Part shown: one piece after another, positions 8,379 through 17,328 of the stretch
How positions within the stretch are numbered: position 1 is the stretch's first letter
How the letters are laid out: each line of letters starts with the position of its first letter
Source of the DNA: a virus
Lineage: Duplodnaviria; Caudoviricetes
Length of the DNA stretch: 26,256 nucleotides
Strand: one strand, 5' to 3'
Virus record (IMG/VR): IMGVR_UViG_3300026453_000310
Location: 1 to 26,256 of that record
Position numbers and translations under genes: made by a program
The notes under the pieces: generated by a model
The model's input: the letters and a program-made list of their open reading frames with translations, nothing else
What the model was told of the DNA's origin: nothing
Database searches by the model: none

Positions 8379-8656
8379 TGCAGTTGTCCGAAGTATATGA
8401 TGATGTATTTGAAGCAAAACTTGTTTATGCTCGTAAGGGCAAACAAATTGTGCGTAAATATCGTTGTGGTAGCGGAAGATTAAAAGGTAAAACAGTTTCT
8501 AATCCAAGTAATTGTTTTAAACCAGTTGATATTAAAAAAAGATTTACTCTTGCTAGAACAAAAGCAAAAATGGGTGCAAGACTGGCACGTAAGTCAAAAA
8601 TGACAAGACGTATGAACCCAGCCAGTAAAAGATTAAAAAGTTTGAACAGAAGATGA
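8378..8656 (+). CDS. Small basic protein, putative prohead core/DNA-binding
   Basis: Acidic leader MQLSEVYDDVFE followed by a very K/R-rich body with two Cys. Confidence 0.7.
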   Translation: MQLSEVYDDVFEAKLVYARKGKQIVRKYRCGSGRLKGKTVSNPSNCFKPVDIKKRFTLARTKAKMGARLARKSKMTRRMNPASKRLKSLNRR

Positions 8657-8666
8657 GGGTAGTAAC

Positions 8667-9536
8667 ATGGAACTAAAGAAAGATATTATGAATTCAATGA
8701 ACGAAGATATTTCTGATAAGATTGCTGACATAGCCGACTTAGTTGGTGAAAAAGAAGAAGTTGTTAGAGATAGATTAAAAACTTTGAACTTCCGTGATTA
8801 CATTGAACTATCAAAAGCAGTTAAAGAAGTAGAGATGGAAAGAGCAAGAGAGATATTAGGTCTTGGTCTTGAAGAAACAAAGTATTACTATGATGGTAAA
8901 GTATCTCTTATATCTCCAGAAGAATTTAAAAAAATTCATAAAGATTTTAAAAATGACACACCAGGCGAAGAACGTATGGTCATTCTAGACCCTGAGTCAG
9001 GTGCCACAGTTTCAGTACCAGTTAAATTTATGAATGAAGAAACAGATGAAGTAAACGAAGACGAAAAACAAATAGCAAAAGATATTAACGATTATGTTCA
9101 AGACCACAAAAAACATTTTGATGCATATCCAATGGATGTAGAAGTTGATGATAAAGTTTACAACTATGATGAATACTGGAAAATACTAGATAAGTATTAT
9201 CCAGTGAATGAATATAATCAAGGCGGAACAATGTCTCCAGGCGAGATGAGAGCATCTCAAGGACAAGCACAAGCACAGTCACAAGGTGCCACTAATCCTC
9301 AAAACAAAACTAAAAAAGCACAGGCGATGATGCGTTTAGGTAAAAAGAATTTAGGGGGTGCAACTGCACAACAAGCCGCAGATGCACTTGACAAAGCTGG
9401 ACAAGGAAAGACACTAACACCAATTCAACGTAAAGCAATGGCGCAACAGGCGGCATCAGTTGATGCGTTAGCACAGGATCCAAAGACAGCAACACAGTTT
9501 AGAAACTTGTTAAACAAATTGAATAATAAGGGGTAA
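8667..9536 (+). CDS. Hypothetical modular protein, putative internal head protein
   Basis: GAGG SD; repeated (L/M/V)xE sites separate compositionally distinct segments. Confidence 0.7.
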   Translation: MELKKDIMNSMNEDISDKIADIADLVGEKEEVVRDRLKTLNFRDYIELSKAVKEVEMERAREILGLGLEETKYYYDGKVSLISPEEFKKIHKDFKNDTPGEERMVILDPESGATVSVPVKFMNEETDEVNEDEKQIAKDINDYVQDHKKHFDAYPMDVEVDDKVYNYDEYWKILDKYYPVNEYNQGGTMSPGEMRASQGQAQAQSQGATNPQNKTKKAQAMMRLGKKNLGGATAQQAADALDKAGQGKTLTPIQRKAMAQQAASVDALAQDPKTATQFRNLLNKLNNKG

Positions 9537-9539
9537 TAG

Positions 9540-9734
9540 ATGAGATTAACAGAAGTTTTAGGCGGAATTTATGTAATGATTACTGAGGAAGAAAACGACT
9601 TAGTTGTTAAATACTTCTCAGAAAATGAATATGTAAATGAAATTCAACTATCAGAAAGAGAACAAGTAGTTGCTGATAGATTGACACACAAAGGTGTTCT
9701 TATGCCTACCCTAAGAGGCTATAGAACGGTATAA
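9540..9734 (+). CDS. Hypothetical phage protein
   Basis: 64-aa ORF with AGGGG SD and MRLTEV start. Confidence 0.72.
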   Translation: MRLTEVLGGIYVMITEEENDLVVKYFSENEYVNEIQLSEREQVVADRLTHKGVLMPTLRGYRTV

Positions 9735-9745
9735 CGGAGGACATT

Positions 9746-10384
9746 ATGACGGGACCAACAAGACAAGACGTAGGTGCAATGGCAAACATACTCAAAGCAA
9801 TGAGCGGAGATAAGAGTGGTTTGCGTGAATCTGCAAAATCGTCTAACACACAGGGAGGGGAAATTGATATTACACCTGGAGTAAAACAGGCAGATGTCAA
9901 AGCGATGGAAAACATCATGCGAAATTTTGTTAGTGCAACAACAAATGTTGCCAAGAAAGTTTCAACTACACTGAATGAAGCTACTAAAAAAACCGAAAAA
10001 GGGGTTGATGTAGGTATATATTCAGTTATTAAAACAGAAGACGGTGCATATGACGTACTAGATAGTAGAACAAAAGATACATTGTTTGAGGGTCTACGTT
10101 TATATAAATGTGCATATGTCATCGTTAAGCATCTAAACGAAGGCAAAAAGATTAATTCAGATGAGATTACTAAGATGATTTCAGCTAATGCAGTCTTTGA
10201 AAGATACTATTGTGATGCTCTACAATTCAAATATACATATAAAGTAGCTAAAAAACGTGGTGATTATGGCAAAATGGATATAGCAGAAGCTAGATTCAGC
10301 AGATCCAAGGTAGAGGCTGAAAAAGCAAAAGACCGAATCTACGATATATTTGAAGCTACAGAATCTAAAAATACACGAATTTAA
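9746..10384 (+). CDS. Hypothetical phage protein
   Basis: 212-aa ORF with GGAGG SD. Confidence 0.78.
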   Translation: MTGPTRQDVGAMANILKAMSGDKSGLRESAKSSNTQGGEIDITPGVKQADVKAMENIMRNFVSATTNVAKKVSTTLNEATKKTEKGVDVGIYSVIKTEDGAYDVLDSRTKDTLFEGLRLYKCAYVIVKHLNEGKKINSDEITKMISANAVFERYYCDALQFKYTYKVAKKRGDYGKMDIAEARFSRSKVEAEKAKDRIYDIFEATESKNTRI

Positions 10385-10392
10385 TTCAAAAA

Positions 10393-10400
10393 GATAAATA
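10393..10400 (+). promoter_or_regulatory. Late promoter box
   Basis: GATAAATA in the intergenic gap before ATG 10436. Confidence 0.65.
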
Positions 10401-10435
10401 CATAATATAACTATTATGTAAATGGGGCAAATACC

Positions 10436-11269
10436 ATGAGAAGTACAAACTTTTTTAAAACAGATACTATATCAGTATCATCACGTTTAAATGACTATCT
10501 AAAGTCAAATTTCGGCTATGCAGTTGAAGGTGACATGGATTCATTGCGTGAGGCTAAAGCAAACTTAGAAGCGAAAAAGCGTAATATGACTCCTGACTAT
10601 CAAAGTAAGGATTATGTTGAAACTATGCTTATGCTAGAAACTGTCAAATCTTTGCTAAAAGTTCACGGTGAACAAGAATTAGCAGAAGGTGGCAAACACA
10701 AGTATGTTTCAGACGCACAACGTAAAGCAGTTCATGCCAAGAAAGCCGAAGAAACAAAGGAACCAAAGATGAAAAAACAAGAATCAAAAATCGAAGAAAA
10801 AGCAGTCGAGGCTCCACAAAATTTAGAAGAATCACTTTTAGACCAGTTAAATAAACTATTAGAAGGTGATGCGGCAGAGGCTGAAATCACAATGGCGGCA
10901 CGTGGTATCGTAGATGAACTACAAGACGTTGTTGAAAAATTAGGAAAAATTCAAAACGACCAATTAGGTCCACTAGCAGATGAAATGGCTTACACACATG
11001 GACCAGAACAATCAGAGGCATTTAAATCTTCTGTTGATTCAGCAATTTCTAGTTTACTAGATTCTGCACGTTCAACTAAAGATGCAGTTAACAATGCGGC
11101 TCTAGTTCTTTCAGGTGAAGCACCGGCAGGTGATATGGAACCAGCAACAGCAGAAGTTGGCGGTGACATGCAAGACGATATGGAAGATGATATCGCGGCA
11201 GACCTAGGCGGCGATGAAGCATCAGCTGGTGAAGTTGATGAACCACTTGGCCGTTCGAAAAGAGACTAA
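10436..11269 (+). CDS. Acidic helical protein, putative prohead core/scaffold-like
   Basis: Very acidic C-terminus ending in EPLGRSKRD; several LxE sites; late promoter upstream. Confidence 0.7.
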   Translation: MRSTNFFKTDTISVSSRLNDYLKSNFGYAVEGDMDSLREAKANLEAKKRNMTPDYQSKDYVETMLMLETVKSLLKVHGEQELAEGGKHKYVSDAQRKAVHAKKAEETKEPKMKKQESKIEEKAVEAPQNLEESLLDQLNKLLEGDAAEAEITMAARGIVDELQDVVEKLGKIQNDQLGPLADEMAYTHGPEQSEAFKSSVDSAISSLLDSARSTKDAVNNAALVLSGEAPAGDMEPATAEVGGDMQDDMEDDIAADLGGDEASAGEVDEPLGRSKRD

Positions 11270-11271
11270 TT

Positions 11272-11598
11272 ATGAAGGTTGCTAGTCTTTTAAATGAAGA
11301 CAAGAACTATCAAGCACAACTACGTAATGATTTAAATGCGTATCTTGTTCGCTTGAAAGCAAACGATATTGGTTCCGTAGGCACCGATATGATGGTTGAC
11401 GAATTGACTAAAATGGGTTACAGCGTAACACCAGAGAGTTTAGTTGATATGTTAGCCAATAGCAAATACATAAGCAAAGTTACTGTAGACACTATTGACT
11501 TAAAAGGCGCCCCACCTAGTCAAGGTCAAGATGCAGATAAAGACAGAGAGAAGATTAGTAAACTAGCAGTGAAAACTGCACAGAAGAGGATAAAATAA
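11272..11598 (+). CDS. Hypothetical phage protein
   Basis: 108-aa ORF starting MKVASLLNE; TAATG overlap with the next gene. Confidence 0.75.
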   Translation: MKVASLLNEDKNYQAQLRNDLNAYLVRLKANDIGSVGTDMMVDELTKMGYSVTPESLVDMLANSKYISKVTVDTIDLKGAPPSQGQDADKDREKISKLAVKTAQKRIK

Positions 11599-12038
11599 TG
11601 CCATTAATTGTAAAAGGTAACACCAACATCGTATCTAAACAAGATGCTCAAAAAAAGGCCGTTGATACATCAGAAAAAGCAAAAGAAAATGGCCTAGAAA
11701 AATTATCAGATTCACAAAAAGAAATTCGTCAAGAAATTCTAAACGCTAAAAGACACCGTGAATTTATGCTTAGAGTTCAAAAAGACAAAGCAAAATCTAA
11801 AGAACATCAGAAACAAGTTGAAAAAGTTTTAGCAACACCAGAGGTTGTAGTAGAAGCAAGAGCAGAAAAAGCCAAAGTTATCGAAGCAACAAAATCTGTA
11901 TCTTTAGGTGAAAGACCAGTGTTCGAAGCAATGACTAAAAAAGAATTAGACATTTGGGCAGAAGAAAACTTAGGTATGGCACTAGACCGTAGAAAAACTA
12001 AGTCTGCAATGATTGAAGAAATCCAAAAGAATCTCTAA
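11598..12038 (+). CDS. Charged protein with C-terminal Rho-N/HeH-like helical motif
   Basis: GAGG SD; MTKKELDIWAEENLGMALDRRKTKSAMIEEI. Confidence 0.65.
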   Translation: MPLIVKGNTNIVSKQDAQKKAVDTSEKAKENGLEKLSDSQKEIRQEILNAKRHREFMLRVQKDKAKSKEHQKQVEKVLATPEVVVEARAEKAKVIEATKSVSLGERPVFEAMTKKELDIWAEENLGMALDRRKTKSAMIEEIQKNL

Positions 12039-12045
12039 TTAACTA

Positions 12046-12074
12046 TTGCAATCTATAACAAAGTGTAGTATACT
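12046..12074 (+). promoter_or_regulatory. sigma70-type promoter for exonuclease (predicted leaderless mRNA)
   Basis: TTGCAA (12046-12051), 17 bp, TATACT (12069-12074), then 6 nt and ATG 12081. Confidence 0.7.
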
Positions 12075-12080
12075 ATTACT

Positions 12081-12770
12081 ATGCTAAAAGAACGATACAA
12101 TTACCAACCCTTAGAACGAGTCAGTATAGAAGGAAGTAGACACTATCAAACTCCTAATGGCGAACCATTGCCAAGTGTCACAACTGTACTAGACGCACTA
12201 AAAGACAAAACAGCATTATATGAATGGAGAAAAAGAGTAGGCGATGAAGAAGCAAATCGCATTACTAAATTAGCCACTGGTATAGGTACTCAAGTACACT
12301 TACATGTCGAGAAGTATATACTTGAAGAAAATAGACCAGGTGGTTCTAATCTCATTCATCAAATGGCAAAAGAATTATCAGACATTATTATTGACAAGGG
12401 TCTCTCAAATGTAGATGAAGTTTGGGGTACAGAAGTTCCTCTGTATTATCCCGGATTATATGCAGGCACGACAGATTGTGTCGGAGTATGGAAAGGCAAA
12501 CCTGCTATCATCGACTTTAAGACTACTCGCAAACCAAAAAAACGTGAATGGATTGATGATTACTTTTTACAAGGTGCCGCTTATTCTGCCGCACATAATG
12601 AAATACATGGAACAGATATTAAGACTATTGTAATTATGATGATTGGTTGGGATGCCGAAGCAGACAATTTAGGCAATTATCAAGAATTTGTTGTAGAAAA
12701 CGATGAGTTTGACAAGTATAGTCTTGCGTGGGCAGGCAAGGTTCAAGAGTATTTTGATAAATACATGTAA
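12081..12770 (+). CDS. PD-(D/E)XK exonuclease (RecB-like/MGME1-like phage exonuclease)
   Basis: PSVTTVL, GTQVH, EVPLY, AGTTDC, IIDFKT, QGAAY. Confidence 0.88.
   Translation: MLKERYNYQPLERVSIEGSRHYQTPNGEPLPSVTTVLDALKDKTALYEWRKRVGDEEANRITKLATGIGTQVHLHVEKYILEENRPGGSNLIHQMAKELSDIIIDKGLSNVDEVWGTEVPLYYPGLYAGTTDCVGVWKGKPAIIDFKTTRKPKKREWIDDYFLQGAAYSAAHNEIHGTDIKTIVIMMIGWDAEADNLGNYQEFVVENDEFDKYSLAWAGKVQEYFDKYM
12756..12763 (+). promoter_or_regulatory. Late promoter box
   Basis: GATAAATA within the exonuclease 3' end, upstream of AGGAG SD and ATG 12788. Confidence 0.6.
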
Positions 12771-12787
12771 GTAATTAGGAGTTTTAG

Positions 12788-14497
12788 ATGTCCACAACCA
12801 ATGTTAAAATCTTATTAAGACGTGGCTTGAGAAAAGATATCAGTCATGATACCCTTGTACCTGGAGAAATGGGCTTTACAGTAGATACGAACCAATTATA
12901 TATTGGTATTGAAAATGCTATTGACGAAGTTCAGTTTGATCCATTTGCGAATGCACAAGCGACAATTCAATCTTGGTTGAATAGTGTTGATAACCCAGAA
13001 CCTGGATTAATAGTTGACGAAGATTTAATTATCAGAGATGTTCAAGATATTGATAAATTGTTATCTAAAATGCATTACTTTGAACAAGTGATAGTTTTTG
13101 ACTCAGTTGAAACATTTACAGCAGGCGAAACTCTATATCAATATGTAATAGAAGATGAAACAGAAACATTTACATCAATCGCGGATCAGACAGATTTTAC
13201 AATTAATAAAGATTTAACTCCAAAAACTCTTTGGAGTGTATCAACAGTAAAAGTTGACGGTACGGTCATCCCCCAACAAGAAACAGATGCACAAGGCATC
13301 ACAACTGACAACTATACAGTGACAGGACAGGTTGTTAAATTCAGCAACGATGGATCTGTTGCGTTAACAGGTGGTGAGACAGTTGATATAAATCTAATTA
13401 AACACTCAATATATACACAGGGTGAAATACTATTATCTTATACTGATCCAGTAGCAGGAACAACTACAACAACAGTAAAAGTATCTGAACCATCGTTAGA
13501 CCCTTATTCTAATCCATATATGAATGGATTTTATAAAGAAACAGTAGCAAATGAAGATGATTATTATTTCTCTACGCAATCTACTGGAACAGTCGAACCT
13601 ACAAAAGCTACAACTATTTCAGTTGCAAGTGAGTTCTTAGGTGGATTATACGGTAGGTCAAGAAAAAATACAGAAGTTGTAACTGAAAACTCTTTCAATA
13701 ATATGTTTGCTGACCAGCATCTTGTTTCACAAACCGCCGCATCAGGATTACGTTCAAGTCTATTCAAAAAAGAATTAAAGCAAAGAATACACGGCCCTGA
13801 TAAGTTAGAGTTTGGTCTTGAATATAAGATATTAGATGTTGGTACAAATACTGATGCCCAAGAAAATTGGAATACAGTAGCAGGAACAACACGTAGCCCT
13901 GATAAGTTAGAGCCTGGTATTGAATATACGATATTCGATGTTGGTACAAATACTGATGCCCAAGCAAATTGGAATACAGTAGCAGGAACAACTGGCGTAA
14001 CATATTCAGTAGGTGATACTTTCACTACTCCAACAAGCAACTTTACATCAGTAACGGAAGAAACAGGCCATGGGTCTGCTGGTGTAACATATACAGTAGG
14101 TGATACTTTCACTTCTGCTGGCCAAGTAGCGATGGAAACAGGACAAGGTTCTGCACTTACAATTCAAGGCACATTTATGTCATGGGATAAAAATATATGT
14201 ACTTCATTCTTTATTGATTATTCTTTAGTTCAAACAAAGAATACAAGTAAGTTTGTACGTGTAGGATCAATTAAAGTAATTAATGGTGTTCCACAGGGTA
14301 TTAATGATATTAAACTTACAGATGATAATACAGAAATTTGGCAAGATTTAAATTCAGATAATATTGCTGATGTTGATGAATTTTCTAATATAGAATTTAC
14401 TGCAAAAATCGAAGGTAATAATATTAAATTTATGTATGAACAAGAAGTTGATTGGGAAACTGAGATAAGCTATACCATTAAAAGATGGACAATGTAA
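12788..14497 (+). CDS. Virion fibre/baseplate-associated protein with Mtd-N (hyaluronidase-N)-like domain
   Basis: KILLRRG...LVPGEMGFTVDTNQLYIG; Thr/Gly-rich beta-type body; internal repeats. Confidence 0.72.
   Translation: MSTTNVKILLRRGLRKDISHDTLVPGEMGFTVDTNQLYIGIENAIDEVQFDPFANAQATIQSWLNSVDNPEPGLIVDEDLIIRDVQDIDKLLSKMHYFEQVIVFDSVETFTAGETLYQYVIEDETETFTSIADQTDFTINKDLTPKTLWSVSTVKVDGTVIPQQETDAQGITTDNYTVTGQVVKFSNDGSVALTGGETVDINLIKHSIYTQGEILLSYTDPVAGTTTTTVKVSEPSLDPYSNPYMNGFYKETVANEDDYYFSTQSTGTVEPTKATTISVASEFLGGLYGRSRKNTEVVTENSFNNMFADQHLVSQTAASGLRSSLFKKELKQRIHGPDKLEFGLEYKILDVGTNTDAQENWNTVAGTTRSPDKLEPGIEYTIFDVGTNTDAQANWNTVAGTTGVTYSVGDTFTTPTSNFTSVTEETGHGSAGVTYTVGDTFTSAGQVAMETGQGSALTIQGTFMSWDKNICTSFFIDYSLVQTKNTSKFVRVGSIKVINGVPQGINDIKLTDDNTEIWQDLNSDNIADVDEFSNIEFTAKIEGNNIKFMYEQEVDWETEISYTIKRWTM
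13794..13992 (+). repeat. Tandem direct repeat, 97-nt match, 102-nt (34-aa) period
   Basis: 13794-13890 versus 13896-13992: 6 mismatches by manual alignment. Confidence 0.95.
13994..14155 (+). repeat. Second, more diverged tandem repeat (87-nt offset)
   Basis: GVTYSVGDTFT...EETGHGSA versus GVTYTVGDTFT...METGQGSA, starting at 13994 and 14081. Confidence 0.88.
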
Positions 14498-14938
14498 ATG
14501 CGTGACAAAGCTACTTTGCTTTATGAGTGGCGACAACTTAGACTAGAACTACAAAAAGAATTCTCTCAAAAGCAATTACAAAATATAATGGACTGGTTTT
14601 CAAACTTAAAACCGGCAGTCCACGGATTCAATTACGATGATATGCATACTTGGCCTGATATATGGGAATATATCAATGAAGGCTGGTATACTCATAGTGG
14701 AAATGGACTAGCATCTTACTACACTATAGATTTTGCTTACCCAGAAAAAGATGTTCAGTTATGGTTAGTACATGACATGTTACATGGTGATATGTATTTG
14801 GTCACATATGTGGACGGATATATATTAAACAGGTCAGATGGTAAAGTATGCAATTACGAAGAAAATAAGAAAGACTTGCATATAATGGAAAAATTTGATA
14901 AGATGAAGATTATTTCCACGCTTAAGGAACGGAAATAA
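14498..14938 (+). CDS. Hypothetical phage protein
   Basis: 146-aa aromatic-rich ORF immediately after the upstream stop codon. Confidence 0.75.
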   Translation: MRDKATLLYEWRQLRLELQKEFSQKQLQNIMDWFSNLKPAVHGFNYDDMHTWPDIWEYINEGWYTHSGNGLASYYTIDFAYPEKDVQLWLVHDMLHGDMYLVTYVDGYILNRSDGKVCNYEENKKDLHIMEKFDKMKIISTLKERK

Positions 14939-14965
14939 ATACATATATAATTAACGATATAAATA
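14934..14965 (+). promoter_or_regulatory. Late promoter boxes (tandem)
   Basis: AATAAATA 14934-14941 and TATAAATA 14958-14965 before ATG 14977. Confidence 0.6.
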
Positions 14966-14976
14966 CGGGAAGAAGA

Positions 14977-15288
14977 ATGTTACAAAGTAAAAAAAGATAC
15001 GATAAAGACGATATTGTTACACTTGTGTTAACAGGTGGACAAGAATTATTAGGTAAGTTTGTAGAAGAAAGTGGAGATTATTTTATTGTCAAAAAACCAC
15101 TAACACTAGTATTTGGTCAGCAAATTTCATTTCAACCATTTACTGTTACTGGAGATAGCGATGGCGATGTTGTTTTACACCGTGATAAAATAGTTTCAGT
15201 TTTACAAACAAACAAAGAAACAAAAAAAGCATATACCGCCGCAACAAGTGGTATTATTGCACCAGAGAAACAAGGATTGATTACGTAA
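14977..15288 (+). CDS. Sm/LSm-like small beta protein
   Basis: IVTLVLTGGQELLGKFVE...IVKKP resembles Sm1; VVLHRDKIVSV resembles Sm2. Confidence 0.55.
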   Translation: MLQSKKRYDKDDIVTLVLTGGQELLGKFVEESGDYFIVKKPLTLVFGQQISFQPFTVTGDSDGDVVLHRDKIVSVLQTNKETKKAYTAATSGIIAPEKQGLIT

Positions 15289-15581
15289 TGCCTTTAACTG
15301 CTAGAACTACAGATAGTACAACTGCACACTCACCCTGTGCTCCTGGACAATGTAGTGCAGGCTCAAATAATGTTTTTATAAACGGTTTGCCTGCATTCAG
15401 AGTTACAGATAAAGATACACCACATGGTGTCCCACCTTTTTGTGTACCTCATGTTACACCATTGTCACAAGGATCACCAAATGTTTTCGTTAATGGATTA
15501 CCATTAGGCAGACTAGGTGATGCATTTAGTTGTGGTATCAAAGTTGCTAGTGGTTCACCAAATGTAATCACAAACGGATAA
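15288..15581 (+). CDS. PAAR-domain spike tip protein (T4 gp5.4-like)
   Basis: Repeats GSNNVFINGLPAFRVTD, GSPNVFVNGLPLGRLGD and GSPNV; His/Cys metal ligands. Confidence 0.93.
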   Translation: MPLTARTTDSTTAHSPCAPGQCSAGSNNVFINGLPAFRVTDKDTPHGVPPFCVPHVTPLSQGSPNVFVNGLPLGRLGDAFSCGIKVASGSPNVITNG

Positions 15582-15585
15582 GACA

Positions 15586-17316
15586 ATGGCAAGTGAAGCA
15601 GAACTAGAACGATTATATCAGGAGTTCGTATTAAGAGGCGGAGGAGCATTTACTCTTTCAAATGTTAATACCACGCCTGCACAATATTATAACACTGTTT
15701 CAGGAAACACTCTTAATCCCTCACAACAAGCATTTTTACAGGCACAACAAGAACAGTTCAATAGACAATCTGCTTTATCAACTATATCAAGTGAGATAGC
15801 TGGTAATAATTTTTCTAATCCTTATACTACACGTGCAGATTCAAGTATAGGACTAATACAAAGTTTTGCAAATAATCCAACTTTAAATAATGTGGCGGCA
15901 CTTGCTTCCGCATTTAGTTCATTTAGTGCGGCAGATAAAGGCTTAATATTTGCTGGTGTACTTGCGGCAACAGGTGTAGATTTAGAAAATCTTATTAAAA
16001 TAGGTACTATAGCAGGTCTAGGAATTGCCATGTTTAATAGTTTGAAAAATCATACTGCAGGACAAATGGGCAATTTACCTCAGACGTTATCAGATGCAAG
16101 TTCACTTGCAGGAATGAATGCACAATTTGGAGAACAAAAAGACAGTTGTTCATTTTTTAATGAAATATTAGGAATTTTAAGTGGTGCATTTGATGGCACA
16201 ATGGACTTTATTGACAAAGCGTTTGATAAGTTAGGATCTTTTTTAAATCAATCAGGATTAGGTGGGGTAATAGACCAAATTACAAATGCGATTAGTGGTG
16301 CTGGAGGTATCATAGGTGATGTTATTAATGGAATTACAGGCGTAATAAATTCTGTATCCAATGTAATAGGTGATATCTTAGGAGAAATTGGTGGGTTAGT
16401 AGGAAAAGTAATAAACGCAGTAGCAGACATTACAAATCAAATCGCAAATGAGGCAACAAAATTATTAAATCTAGCGGCAGAGTTGGCAAGCAAAGCATTA
16501 GCACTAGCAATGGCGGCCGCGGCATTAGACCCATGTCAGATGGCAGTTATTCTTAATACTGGTAGTCAGGATATGAAAAATGCAGTAAATCAATTAAATA
16601 CACCATTAAGTCAAGCATCAGATATACCTACACAAGTAGATACAAGAGCGGACGCAGATACAGTTATAAAGACTATGGATCAAGCAAAACAAGAAGCATC
16701 ACAATCACCTGGTGTTCCACAGTCTCCATTTACAAATACAGGAAAAACTCATCAACCTTTAGATGCATATCTGCACAATTTGTTTACAGAGATTACAGGA
16801 ATATTTGGAGATACATTCGAAGCAGTAAAAAATGCAGTTGGTGGAACTGCAATTACTCCATTATCAAAAACTGGTTCTACTATATCTTCTTCAAATGCTC
16901 CACCGACGCAAACACCCACAACTATATCAAGTGATGCATGGAAGTTATGGCAATCTACATATTCAAATCAATTACTAGGATTAAAACGAGATATAAAATC
17001 TCTTAAAATAACAATAACAGATGCAATTACAAATAAAACTTTCTCTACAGAAGGACTTAAAAAACAAGCTGTGATATTAGCAGACCAATTGGCAACAAAT
17101 GAAACTTTGGTTAACCAAGAATTAAAAAGAGCAAATTCTCAACTTGTTTACAAATCAGAAGGCAATAAGTTCAGAATACAAACTAGGGAAGATGAAAAGA
17201 TGGCATTATATAATTCTACAGTTAGCCCATCAACAGATAGACTAATTAAAAGAGTAACAAAAGAACTTTCTTCAACCAGAGTACAATGGAATTCTATAGA
17301 CCAAAACGTTAGATAA
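15586..17316 (+). CDS. Large helical putative virion protein
   Basis: 576 aa directly after PAAR; hydrophobic hairpin and Gly/Ile-rich amphipathic repeats. Confidence 0.7.
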   Translation: MASEAELERLYQEFVLRGGGAFTLSNVNTTPAQYYNTVSGNTLNPSQQAFLQAQQEQFNRQSALSTISSEIAGNNFSNPYTTRADSSIGLIQSFANNPTLNNVAALASAFSSFSAADKGLIFAGVLAATGVDLENLIKIGTIAGLGIAMFNSLKNHTAGQMGNLPQTLSDASSLAGMNAQFGEQKDSCSFFNEILGILSGAFDGTMDFIDKAFDKLGSFLNQSGLGGVIDQITNAISGAGGIIGDVINGITGVINSVSNVIGDILGEIGGLVGKVINAVADITNQIANEATKLLNLAAELASKALALAMAAAALDPCQMAVILNTGSQDMKNAVNQLNTPLSQASDIPTQVDTRADADTVIKTMDQAKQEASQSPGVPQSPFTNTGKTHQPLDAYLHNLFTEITGIFGDTFEAVKNAVGGTAITPLSKTGSTISSSNAPPTQTPTTISSDAWKLWQSTYSNQLLGLKRDIKSLKITITDAITNKTFSTEGLKKQAVILADQLATNETLVNQELKRANSQLVYKSEGNKFRIQTREDEKMALYNSTVSPSTDRLIKRVTKELSSTRVQWNSIDQNVR

Positions 17317-17328
17317 AGGAATAGAACA

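Noticed and set aside
13794-13992. Diversity-generating retroelement TR/VR pair (Mtd-N domain plus near-identical repeat)
   Set aside because: Mismatches are not adenine-specific in one direction (3 A>C, 1 C>A, 2 T>C), both copies are in-frame and adjacent within one gene, and there is no reverse transcriptase in the window.
13794-14155. CRISPR array
   Set aside because: Only two copies of long in-frame coding repeats; no repeat-spacer structure and no cas genes.
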